Of a DNA stretch of 54,128 bases, positions 25,961 through 34,481 are shown one piece after another; position 1 is the first letter of the stretch, and each line of letters opens with the position of its first letter. The DNA comes from an uncultured Candidatus Saccharibacteria bacterium (GTDB taxonomy: Bacteria > Patescibacteriota > Saccharimonadia > Saccharimonadales > EFPC-124), in NCBI GenBank assembly GCA_964405095.1, contig CAYOML010000006.1, positions 1 to 54,128 of the forward strand, given 5' to 3'. Below the pieces are notes generated by a model. The model was not told the DNA's origin and searched no databases. It saw only the letters and a program-made list of their open reading frames with translations. The translations under genes and the position numbers were made by a program.

Positions 25961-26965
25961 TCAGATTATTTCTGCTTGCTTCTTTTTGCGCTCTTCAATC
26001 TTGAGGTCGTTCTGAACCATCATTTTGATTAGTTCTTCGAACGTGACCTTAGGCTGCCAGCCTAGTTTCTCTTTAGCCTTGGTTGAATCGCCGAGTAGCA
26101 TGTCGACTTCGGCCGGGCGTTCAAATTTAGGGTCGGTCTTCACGTAAGGGGCCCAGTCATCAATACCAATTTCTTTGAAAGCAATACTAAGTAGATCGCG
26201 GATACTGTGTGTTTGGCCGGTTGCCAGCACGTAATCGTCTGGTTCATCCTGCTGTAGCATGAGCCACATGCCTTCTACGTAATCACCAGCAAAGCCCCAG
26301 TCGCGTTTGGCGTCCAAGTTGCCGAGCACAATGTCTTTTTGCAGACCAAGCTTGATGCGAGCCACGGCTTGCGTCACCTTACGGGTTACAAACTCATAGC
26401 CCCGACGCGGTGATTCGTGATTGAACAGCGTGCCGGTACAGTTAAACATGTCGTAGCTTTCACGGTAGTTGATAGTTGTGTAGTGAGCAAAGGCCTTAGC
26501 GTTACCATAGGGGCTGCGAGGGTGTAGGAAAGTGGTTTCTTTTTGCGGGACTTCATGGACTTTACCAAACATCTCGCTTGTCGAGGCCTGGTAAAAACGG
26601 GTCTTTTTTGTGCGGCCCGTAATGCGTATGGCCTCCAAAAGGTTCAAAACTCCAACACCCGATACTTGAGCAGTAAGCACAGGCTCCTCAAAAGAACCTT
26701 TCACGAAACTCCAGGCACCAAGGTTGTAGACCTCGTGCGGGTCAGAAACCTCGAGAGCGTGTACTAAAGATACAAAATCGGTTAGGTCAGCCTCTACTAA
26801 TTTGACATCAGGCAGTTCTGCCTCGATAATCGCTCGTTTGGGGTTAAATTGCCCCCGCAACAAGCCGAATACTTCGTAGTTCTTAGATAGCAGGAGTTCT
26901 GCCAAATACATGCCGTCTTGGCCAGTAATACCAGTAACCAAGGCGCGTTTTTGAGTGTCAGCCAT
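25961..26965 (-). CDS. gmd: GDP-mannose 4,6-dehydratase
   Basis: [42 protein letters not shown] and HESPRRG motifs characteristic of Gmd. Confidence 0.9.
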   Translation of the reverse strand: MADTQKRALVTGITGQDGMYLAELLLSKNYEVFGLLRGQFNPKRAIIEAELPDVKLVEADLTDFVSLVHALEVSDPHEVYNLGAWSFVKGSFEEPVLTAQVSGVGVLNLLEAIRITGRTKKTRFYQASTSEMFGKVHEVPQKETTFLHPRSPYGNAKAFAHYTTINYRESYDMFNCTGTLFNHESPRRGYEFVTRKVTQAVARIKLGLQKDIVLGNLDAKRDWGFAGDYVEGMWLMLQQDEPDDYVLATGQTHSIRDLLSIAFKEIGIDDWAPYVKTDPKFERPAEVDMLLGDSTKAKEKLGWQPKVTFEELIKMMVQNDLKIEERKKKQAEII

Positions 26966-27044
26966 AATAAGTTATGTACCCCTTGTATGTTGGTTATTTG
27001 TCACTCCATTATACAATAGGTGACAGGTTAGACCTGCCCCTCAT

Positions 27045-28136
27045 ATGAGAATCGCCATCGATGCCCGCATAATTCGTTCCGGTACCGGCCGCTATGTTGA
27101 GCGGTTATTACACTATTTGGAAGAAATAGACCATGACAACCAATATCTCGTTTTAGTGCGGCATGAAGACCTGGATTATTACCGACCGACCAACCCCAAT
27201 TTCAATATTGTTGAAGCCGAGTATGCTAACTATAGTTTTGGTGAGCAATTAGGCTTTGCTAGGCTACTTTATTCGCTCAAAGTCGACTTGGTACACTTTT
27301 GTATGCCAAATCAGCCCTTGCTGTACACCAAGCCGGCAGTTACCTCAATCCTAGATCTCAATCTGCTGCGTATTAAGAGCAATGACGATATGAAGCCGGC
27401 AGAACTGCTCATAAAACAGATGATTTTTCGGTTCTTACTCAAGGTTGTGGCGCGCCGCAGCAAGCACATAATCACTATAAGTAACTATAGTAAAAACGAT
27501 ATCGTTAAATTTTCTCATATCTCACCCGACAAGATTACGGTTGCATACCCGGCTGCCGAAAAACTGCCTTCACTGCCTGTCCCAGTTACCAGTCTGCAAG
27601 ACAAGGACTTTATCATGTATGTTGGCCGGGCCGAGACGTACAAGAACAACAGGGGGCTAATCCAGGCCCATCAACAACTACTAACAAGTAACCCTGACTT
27701 ATGGCTAGTGATTGTTGGCAGTAAAGATGCTCTGCGCGAGGCTGACATGAGGTGGGTGAGTAGGCAGCGCTACAAAAACATCGCCTTCTTGGGCTTTGTA
27801 CCCGATGATCAACTCGCCTGGCTTTACCAGAACTGCCGGGCCTATGTGTTTCCGTCATTTATGGAAGGTTTCGGGCTGCCAGGGCTCGAGGCTATGGTCT
27901 ACGGCGCACCGGTGGCCGCAAGCAATGCTAGTTGCATACCAGAAATCCTAGGTGACGCTGCAGTATACTTTGACCCGGGTAATCCAGAAGAAATGACGCG
28001 CGTTATACGTGAACTAATTAACAACAACCAACTGCGCTCAGATTTAGCTTCTAAAGGATTAGCGCAGGCAGGGAAGTATTCATGGAAGCGCATGGCCGAA
28101 CAAACATTGGCAGTTTACAAACAGGCCCGTCAGTAA
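27045..28136 (+). CDS. GT4-family glycosyltransferase
   Basis: VFPSFMEGFGLPGLEAMVYGAPVAASNASCIPEILGDAAVYFDP. Confidence 0.8.
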   Translation: MRIAIDARIIRSGTGRYVERLLHYLEEIDHDNQYLVLVRHEDLDYYRPTNPNFNIVEAEYANYSFGEQLGFARLLYSLKVDLVHFCMPNQPLLYTKPAVTSILDLNLLRIKSNDDMKPAELLIKQMIFRFLLKVVARRSKHIITISNYSKNDIVKFSHISPDKITVAYPAAEKLPSLPVPVTSLQDKDFIMYVGRAETYKNNRGLIQAHQQLLTSNPDLWLVIVGSKDALREADMRWVSRQRYKNIAFLGFVPDDQLAWLYQNCRAYVFPSFMEGFGLPGLEAMVYGAPVAASNASCIPEILGDAAVYFDPGNPEEMTRVIRELINNNQLRSDLASKGLAQAGKYSWKRMAEQTLAVYKQARQ

Positions 28137-28253
28137 CAGCCAGTACCTCTGTGAATCGAATTGGCGCTCTCCCCTGCTTATTTGCTTTTTATAGCTTAGG
28201 TTTCAGAATATGTATTTTGCGATCGGGCTGTTTTTTTTGAGGACCTACATCCC

Positions 28254-28724
28254 CTACTCTGCCTTCTTGTTGATCACCAGATGCCTGTCCCTACCTTCGC
28301 CCTCGGAATGGCTTTCAAGTTGCCCAAACTCCGCAACTACGCGGTGGGCGGTACGGCGATCGGCTGGGCTAGTTGGCGCCAGGTGCATGTCTTCCCCACT
28401 GTCCATCACCTGTTTGCACCAGTCGCGAACTTGGTCGGCGATGCGTTCGGCGCGGTGGCGCTTGTAGTTGGCAACGTCGATGTTGACACGGTTGAGCATC
28501 GCCTCTTGGTTCTTAAGAGCCATAGACAACAAAAATTGCAGACTGCGCAGTGTCTCACCACGTTGACCAATTAAAAAGCCATTGAGGTGAGTAGAGGGGA
28601 TGGTTAGTTCAATCACCTCTTCTTCGTCATCACAATGGGCGCTAATGGTAGTGTTAAGACCGAAAAACGATAATAGGTCCTCTAGGTATTTTTGGGCAAA
28701 ATCAATTGATGCACTACGGTCCAT
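28254..28724 (-). CDS. jag: Jag/KhpB-type RNA-binding protein (KH plus R3H domains)
   Basis: LIGQRGETLRSLQFLL (KH GXXG) and PTSPADRRTAHRVV (R3H); located downstream of yidC as in most bacteria. Confidence 0.85.
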   Translation of the reverse strand: MDRSASIDFAQKYLEDLLSFFGLNTTISAHCDDEEEVIELTIPSTHLNGFLIGQRGETLRSLQFLLSMALKNQEAMLNRVNIDVANYKRHRAERIADQVRDWCKQVMDSGEDMHLAPTSPADRRTAHRVVAEFGQLESHSEGEGRDRHLVINKKAE

Positions 28725-28726
28725 GC

Positions 28727-29662
28727 TCAGCTCCTTTTCTTTTTACGCTGTTTGCCACCTTTCTTATTGGGGGCGACCACGACCTCGGCCTCTTTCGCCC
28801 TGGCTACTTTGGTTTTGGTTTTTTCGCTGAGCTTTTCGAGCTCTGTTTCATCTTTCTTGAGTACAGTGTTTTGTTGAATGACGGCCACAATGCTGGTAGT
28901 CAACAGGTACAAGACTAATGCGCCAGCCAGGTAAATCGAAACCATGAAAGTTAGGATTGGGAACAGCCAAACCATTTTGCCGGTCATCAGGGCGCTCATT
29001 TCGCCTTGGTCAACCTGTTTGCCGGCAGCCTGATCCTTAAGCATGTCACGTAACTTGCGCTTTTCTTTTGGCTGTGGCAATAGTTGCTTGGATTGGACAA
29101 ATTGCAAACCACCGGCAACTACAGCCATGATCAGAAGTGGCCAATAGGTGTCGGACCCGGGAGCTGTGGCGTGCCTGGTCAGATCGATGATCCCGAACAG
29201 ATGATGGCTAAAGTTGCCAGCGATTGCGTCTGGTATACCCGGCAGCTGCTCCAAAAAGTCGTAAGTGTACTTGGCGATGGTGGGACCGCCTTCAGTAATC
29301 AGTCGAACGACGGCAAACAAGGCTATAAATACCGGCAACTGGACAAGTAGCAAACCAATCGAACTGAAGGGGTTAACACCACGTTCGCGATAAAGTTCCA
29401 TCATCAGTTGGGCCTCGACCTGCTTGTTGCCTTTAGCGCGTTGCTTGATCTTGGCCAGCTCGGGTTGTATCTGGCGCATAACCTTAGTTTGGCGAAGCTG
29501 TTTTTTGACTAGTGGCCACATTGCAAAACGCACCAGAATCGTAAAGACAATTAGCGCGACCCCAAAGTCGTGACCAGGGATGAGGCTGTAGATTGCAACC
29601 AGCGCATTAAAGATGGGCTGAATTAAAATAAGATCGAAAAAACTCATACTGCCATCTAGCAT
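28727..29662 (-). CDS. yidC: Membrane protein insertase YidC (short, Gram-positive-like form)
   Basis: IQPIFNALVAIY..GVALIVFTILVRFAMWPLVKKQLRQTKVMRQIQPELAKIK and NPFSSIGLLLVQLPVFIALF; lysine-rich C-terminal tail. Confidence 0.9.
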   Translation of the reverse strand: MLDGSMSFFDLILIQPIFNALVAIYSLIPGHDFGVALIVFTILVRFAMWPLVKKQLRQTKVMRQIQPELAKIKQRAKGNKQVEAQLMMELYRERGVNPFSSIGLLLVQLPVFIALFAVVRLITEGGPTIAKYTYDFLEQLPGIPDAIAGNFSHHLFGIIDLTRHATAPGSDTYWPLLIMAVVAGGLQFVQSKQLLPQPKEKRKLRDMLKDQAAGKQVDQGEMSALMTGKMVWLFPILTFMVSIYLAGALVLYLLTTSIVAVIQQNTVLKKDETELEKLSEKTKTKVARAKEAEVVVAPNKKGGKQRKKKRS

Positions 29663-29711
29663 ATCAGATTACGGAAGATCTGTAAGGTGTAAAGTTGCTG
29701 AAAGCAATAAT

Positions 29712-29801
29712 AATGGGGTGGCGCACGGTGGGGCCGCCCCAGGTTTTACTTTTTCTGTACCCAGAAAAATAAAACTAGGGGCAAACTGCGTGACAGGACC
29801 C
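29712..29801. repeat. Copy L of a ~90-nt hairpin-forming element between yidC and rnpA
   Basis: aatggggtggcgcacggtggggccgcccc...ggggcaaactgcgtgacaggaccc; reverse-complementary to 30208-30297. Confidence 0.85.
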
Positions 29802-29814
29802 GGCGACTCAGTGT

Positions 29815-30168
29815 TTATTTCTCCATCCAGATACCAGCGCGCTTCAAGGCCTCGATAATCTCCGCCTCGAGTGGAGCATATTCCATATCCCAAACCGTCG
29901 GGTCGTAAACCGTAATAATAACATCGTGACTACCCTTAATGTGATCCCAGTGAGTACGCAACACCTCGTAAACACGCCGGCGAACGCGGTTGCGTTTGGG
30001 TGAAGCCTTGATAACTTTTTTACTAATCACCACTGCCACACGGCTATGGGTACGGCGCGGGTTTGGTGCCACTCGCAAAGAAAGCAGCTTAAAACGGAAG
30101 GTCTTGCCATGACCAAACAAAAACCGCAACGCACCATAGCCGTGAAAACGGAATTTACTAGATAGCAT
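29815..30168 (-). CDS. rnpA: Ribonuclease P protein component
   Basis: 117 aa, basic, with VAVVISKKVIKASPKRNRVRRRVYEVLR (RNR motif); lies between rpmH and yidC. Confidence 0.9.
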   Translation of the reverse strand: MLSSKFRFHGYGALRFLFGHGKTFRFKLLSLRVAPNPRRTHSRVAVVISKKVIKASPKRNRVRRRVYEVLRTHWDHIKGSHDVIITVYDPTVWDMEYAPLEAEIIEALKRAGIWMEK

Positions 30169-30207
30169 AATGTGATTATATCTGATAATTAGAACCTTTA
30201 TAAGGAA

Positions 30208-30297
30208 GGGGTCCTGTCACACGGTTTGCCCCTAAAATATTTTTCTGGAGATACAGAAAAAGTATTTTGGGGCGGCCCCACCGCGCGCCACCCCATT
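30208..30297. repeat. Copy R of the ~90-nt element (inverted relative to copy L) between rnpA and rpmH
   Basis: The reverse complement reads aatggggtggcgcgcggtggggccgcccc...ggggcaaaccgtgtgacaggaccc. It is nested inside the 15-nt inverted arms 30182-30196 and 30304-30318. Confidence 0.85.
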
Positions 30298-30314
30298 TAA
30301 TTAGGTTCTGATTA

Positions 30315-30452
30315 TCAGGCGGTTAAGCGGGCGCGGCCCTTAGCGCGGCGACTTTTCACAACTTCTTGGCCGCCTTTTGTCCCCATTCGGGCGCGGAAAC
30401 CGAGCCGGCGGGCGCGGCGAATCACTTTGGGTTGGTGAGTTCGTTTCGGCAT
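30315..30452 (-). CDS. rpmH: 50S ribosomal protein L34
   Basis: [45 protein letters not shown] (45 aa). Start set at ATG 30452 rather than the longer track ORF. Confidence 0.95.
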   Translation of the reverse strand: MPKRTHQPKVIRRARRLGFRARMGTKGGQEVVKSRRAKGRARLTA

Positions 30453-30495
30453 ATCTATTTTTTCCTTTATGAATCTTCCCACTATACTGACAGAT

Positions 30496-30610
30496 TTATC
30501 CACATCAGACAAGTACTTTTCCACATATTAACAGATTATGGGACCACGTGTGTACAACTCGCACACCTAACAGGTCCGTGAAAAGTTTGCTGATTAGAGG
30601 TTGTGGAAAA
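30496..30610. promoter_or_regulatory. DnaA-box cluster upstream of dnaA
   Basis: TTATCCACA at 30496-30504 (perfect consensus), TTTTCCACA at 30517-30525, TGTGGAAAA (inverted) at 30602-30610. The last overlaps a possible -35 (ttgtgg-18-tatgat, 30601-30630). Confidence 0.65.
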
Positions 30611-30656
30611 CCGGAAAACCGCGCTATGATGAAGGGTAGTTAGTCTCGAAAAGAAA

Positions 30657-32024
30657 GTGGAGGGAATGAAAAACGCACTGTGGCAAACCGTGTTGGGTGA
30701 GATTGAACTCAGCGTTTCAAGGGCTAGTTTTATGACTTGGTTTAAAAACACTGAGTTACTCGAACAAGATGGTGACCATATTACCGTGGGTGTTCCTAAT
30801 GTTTTTGCTAAACAACAATTCGAAGTTAAGTTTAACGAGCAGGTTGTGCAGACCTTGCGCCGTAACGGCGTAACAGTCGAGCGTGTTACCTACACAATAA
30901 ACTCCAATAACAAGAAGCTGCGCCCAGGTAACGACGCCATCCCTCTCACCGCTTCGGCACAACTCGACAATCCTGAAACTAACTCTCATACTGCGCGTAT
31001 CAATAGTCAGTCCGGTCTGAACCCTAAATATACTCTCGAAAGTTTTATCGTTGGCTCTAGCAACGAACTCGCCTATTCGGCCTGCATGGCCGTTGCTAAA
31101 GACCCCGGCACAAAATACAACCCCTTGTTTTTATATGGCGGTGTAGGCCTCGGCAAAACTCACCTTATTCAGGCGGTCGGTAGCGAAATTGGCCGTCGGA
31201 AACCCGATTCGCACATCTTATACATCTCATGTGAGACTTTTGTGAACGATTTTCTAGATCACATCCGATTCAAAAAGAAAGGTTTTGCCAATCGTTACCG
31301 CAACGTCGACGTATTAATTGTTGATGATATGCAGTTTATTGCCGGCAAGGAAAAAACTCAGGAAGAATTTTTCCACACCTTTAACGCCCTGCATCAGGCC
31401 AATAAACAGATCATTTTAAGCTCTGATAAACCACCAAAAGCTATTCCAACACTCGAGGAGCGTTTGCGTAGTCGGTTTGAGTGGGGTATGGCCATCGACA
31501 TCCAATCTCCGGACTTTGAGACCCGCTGCGCCATTTTGCAAACCAAGGCCCACCAGACAGGTATATCCTTGCCTCGCGATACGGTTGAGTACTTAGCCAG
31601 CACCGTTCAAACCAACATCCGCGAGCTTGAGGGCGTTCTGAACCAATTACTAGCACTTTGCGAGATGCGTGGCATGGAACCAGATCTACCGACCGCGCAG
31701 GCCATGCTTGGTAACGTTCGGGTTAGCCGACCACATCACCTAAACCCCAGGCAAGTTATAGAGAAGACGGCCAAACATTTCCAGCTCGAGACAGTCGACA
31801 TCACTAGCCCCAAACGCGATAAACACATTGTGGTGCCACGTCAGATTGCCATGTATCTACTAAGGAGCGAATTACACCTGAGTTTCCCTAAAATTGCCGT
31901 TGAATTGGGCCGCAAGGACCACACTACCGCAATCCACTCAGTCGAAAAGATCGAAAAAGCCATCAAACTCGACTACATCGTCCGTCAGCAAATAACCGAG
32001 ATTCGGGATAAACTCTATGTATAG
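30657..32024 (+). CDS. dnaA: Chromosomal replication initiator DnaA
   Basis: Walker A GGVGLGKTHL, VLIVDDMQF, C-terminal HTH RQIAMYLLRSEL...GRKDHTTAIHSVEKI. The start is GTG 30657 or, more likely, ATG 30666 (MKNALWQTVL). Confidence 0.95.
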   Translation: MEGMKNALWQTVLGEIELSVSRASFMTWFKNTELLEQDGDHITVGVPNVFAKQQFEVKFNEQVVQTLRRNGVTVERVTYTINSNNKKLRPGNDAIPLTASAQLDNPETNSHTARINSQSGLNPKYTLESFIVGSSNELAYSACMAVAKDPGTKYNPLFLYGGVGLGKTHLIQAVGSEIGRRKPDSHILYISCETFVNDFLDHIRFKKKGFANRYRNVDVLIVDDMQFIAGKEKTQEEFFHTFNALHQANKQIILSSDKPPKAIPTLEERLRSRFEWGMAIDIQSPDFETRCAILQTKAHQTGISLPRDTVEYLASTVQTNIRELEGVLNQLLALCEMRGMEPDLPTAQAMLGNVRVSRPHHLNPRQVIEKTAKHFQLETVDITSPKRDKHIVVPRQIAMYLLRSELHLSFPKIAVELGRKDHTTAIHSVEKIEKAIKLDYIVRQQITEIRDKLYV

Positions 32025-32304
32025 CCGGTACCTAGGCATAACGTGTGCACAAGTTGTGCTCAGACGGTGGCTAGGTAGTGGTTCTATCTTCCACACTTTC
32101 CACAACTCGGACAGCCGCCACATTGTTGCCACGAAAGTTTCCACCATTCCATCCACTCTTGTTGCCGCTAGCCGCACACAAATTGTGCACAGCCTGGTCA
32201 GAAAAATAACAGAGACGATGCGGCACTTATTCGCTTCTTCCACACCACCTACTACTATTACTACTATTTAAGATATAAATATAATACTAAGAGAGGATAA
32301 ACTC
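32025..32304. other. Candidate oriC segment (dnaA-dnaN spacer): DnaA-box-like 9-mers plus an AT-rich unwinding stretch
   Basis: tcttccaca at 32087-32095 and again at 32236-32244, ctttccaca at 32096-32104, gtttccacc at 32137-32145. AT-rich actactattactactatttaagatataaatataatactaa lies at about 32251-32290. Confidence 0.6.
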
Positions 32305-33399
32305 ATGAAGCTAACAGTCACCCAGGAAAATCTCAACCGCGCCCTGCAAGTTGTTGGACGTGTAGCTTCCGGAAAAACTCCCCTGCCGATTCTGAATAAC
32401 ATATTATTCCGAACCGACAAAAACCGCCTGTTACTTGCTGCCACCAACCTCGAACTAGCAATCACGCAGCACGTGGGTAGTAAGATCGAACAAGAAGGCA
32501 GTATTACAATCCCCGCCCGTTTGACCAGTGAGTTTATAGCCAACTTACCAAAAGGTAATGTCGAGTTGCAGGTTGAGGGCACCAAGATGCATATTAAATG
32601 TGGTGCTTACACCTCAACAATCAACGGTATGGCGCCCGACGAGTTCCCGGAACTGCCGGCAATTGTTGAAAAACAGGTGGTAACAATCCCGGTGCCAGAT
32701 ATTAAGCGGGCCATTCAACAAACGGTGGTGGTGGCCTCGGGTGATGATACGCGTCCAGTGCTAACGGGTGTTTATTGCCACAGCTTCGAAGGCAACCTCT
32801 ATTTTGCAGCTACCGATGGTTATCGTCTGGCCGAACGCAAGCTTGTACCCACAAAACAGAACGTGAGCGCAATTATACCGGTTACCGCCCTAAATGATGT
32901 GCTCCGAGTGGTCCATGACGAACTGGCCGAAGTTAAACTGGTGTTTGATGACAACCAGGTGCGCATCTTGCTTGATGACATAGAAATAACCTCGCGCCTG
33001 ATCGACGGAACCTTCCCCGACTACCGCACGCTTATCCCTAAGCAAAGCGAAATTGCCGTTACCCTACCGAAAGACGAATTTGCCCGAATTACCAAAGTAG
33101 CTAGCCTGTTCGCCCGCGAGTCTGGCGGCAGTGTAACACTCAAGGCTGGAGCAAAAAGCGGTAAATTAAGTATTCACTCTGTGGCCTCGCAACTTGGTGA
33201 AAACACATCTGAGGCCGACGCTGAAATAACCGCCGATGGCCAAGTAACTCTCAATTCGCGCTATCTGCTCGAGGCGTTGGGTTGTCTGGATAGCAAACAA
33301 GTAACCTTCCATTTTAGCGGTAAGCTCTCGCCCTGTGTGTTGACGGCAGCTGGTGACCAACCAGACTACCAGCACATTATTATGCCGCTCAAGAGTTGA
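32305..33399 (+). CDS. dnaN: DNA polymerase III beta sliding clamp
   Basis: 364 aa, MKLTVTQENLNRALQVVGRVASGKTPLPILNNILF; position after dnaA. Confidence 0.95.
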   Translation: MKLTVTQENLNRALQVVGRVASGKTPLPILNNILFRTDKNRLLLAATNLELAITQHVGSKIEQEGSITIPARLTSEFIANLPKGNVELQVEGTKMHIKCGAYTSTINGMAPDEFPELPAIVEKQVVTIPVPDIKRAIQQTVVVASGDDTRPVLTGVYCHSFEGNLYFAATDGYRLAERKLVPTKQNVSAIIPVTALNDVLRVVHDELAEVKLVFDDNQVRILLDDIEITSRLIDGTFPDYRTLIPKQSEIAVTLPKDEFARITKVASLFARESGGSVTLKAGAKSGKLSIHSVASQLGENTSEADAEITADGQVTLNSRYLLEALGCLDSKQVTFHFSGKLSPCVLTAAGDQPDYQHIIMPLKS

Positions 33400-34481
33400 T
33401 GTACACCTCGCTGCGTCTTCATAATTTCCGCTCCTACGCCGATTATGCCGCTGAGTTTGAGCCTGGCGTTAATATTATTGTTGGCCCCAATGGCAGCGGC
33501 AAGACTAACTTACTCGAGGCGCTCTACGCTATTTCGACCGGTGGGTCGTTCCGGGCTGCCGACCGCGAGTTAATACGTCATGGAACCAGTGGTTTTCGAC
33601 TGGAAGGCTGGTATGGCGACCAACAGCGGATTTTTTCTTATCAAACCCAAGAAGAAGCTGTCGAAAAACAGTTTAGCCTAGACGGCACAAAAAGGGCTCG
33701 TCTAACCCACGAACAGCAGGTACCGGTCGTGTTATTCGAACCCGACCATTTGCGCTTGCTGCGTGAGTCGCCCAGCATGCGCCGCGAATATCTAGACAGT
33801 TTGCTCAGCAGATTGCAACCCGATTTTGCCTGGTTAAAACATCAGTTTGAAAGAGTTTTAACCCAACGCAACGCCATGTTAAAACGTCGCCTACCACCTG
33901 CCCAGCTCGAGGACCAGTTGTTTGTCTGGGATATTAAGTTCGCTGAACTTGCCGAGCAGATCGTTGCCCGTCGCCGCGACCTCATTACCCACCTACAAGC
34001 CAGCCTGGCGGACGTTTACTCCACAATAGCCCATCAACCCCACCACGCCGCCATAACTTACCACAGCAGCGTTGCTGGCGATAATTACCATGCCAATCTT
34101 CTGCGATTATTGAGTTCGGGTCTGGCACGCGACGTTGAGCGCGGTTTTACCAGTGTTGGCCCGCAACGGGACGATTTTAGTATCGACCTGGATGACGCAC
34201 CGGCGGCCGTGGCGGCCTCACGCGGTGAGGTGCGAACATTATTATTGGCACTCAAGATTATAGAGTTGCGCTTGGTGGCCGCCCAACAAGACCTTGCCCC
34301 GCTGTTGCTGCTTGACGATGTGTTTAGTGAACTCGATACCTCTCGCCGCCAGGCCCTAGCCATACTAGCCAAAAGCTACCAAACTCTCATCACAACGACT
34401 GACGCCGATGCCATCATCGAGCACTTTTTAGATGGTTATCGAATCATCGCCACCGACAAGCCCGCAAGTAGCGGCCTATAA
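33399..34481 (+). CDS. recF: DNA replication and repair protein RecF
   Basis: LRLHNFRSY, Walker A GPNGSGKTNLLEA, LLLDDVFSELD. ATG 33399 shares one base with the dnaN TGA; the track ORF starts at TTG 33396. Confidence 0.9.
   Translation: MYTSLRLHNFRSYADYAAEFEPGVNIIVGPNGSGKTNLLEALYAISTGGSFRAADRELIRHGTSGFRLEGWYGDQQRIFSYQTQEEAVEKQFSLDGTKRARLTHEQQVPVVLFEPDHLRLLRESPSMRREYLDSLLSRLQPDFAWLKHQFERVLTQRNAMLKRRLPPAQLEDQLFVWDIKFAELAEQIVARRRDLITHLQASLADVYSTIAHQPHHAAITYHSSVAGDNYHANLLRLLSSGLARDVERGFTSVGPQRDDFSIDLDDAPAAVAASRGEVRTLLLALKIIELRLVAAQQDLAPLLLLDDVFSELDTSRRQALAILAKSYQTLITTTDADAIIEHFLDGYRIIATDKPASSGL

Noticed and set aside
28137-28253. Expected terminator between the convergent GT4 and jag genes.
   Set aside because: Only a T8 run (28231-28238) is present, preceded by gcgatcgggctg, with no convincing stem. 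I could not support a terminator call.
29669-29893. 74-aa minus-strand ORF between yidC and rnpA.
   Set aside because: It is made of the repeat element plus the 3' end of rnpA in another frame, has Gly/Pro/Leu-rich composition, and has no SD. It is not a YidD-like sequence.
29712-30297. Inverted repeats around rnpA as an invertible DNA switch.
   Set aside because: No recombinase gene is nearby, and inversion would turn an essential gene against its operon. The compensatory changes in the central hairpin argue for local folding of each copy rather than maintenance of repeat identity for recombination.
30453-30524. Longer form of rpmH (69 aa).
   Set aside because: L34 is universally about 44-46 aa starting MKRT/MPKRT. 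The extension runs into the DnaA-box region.
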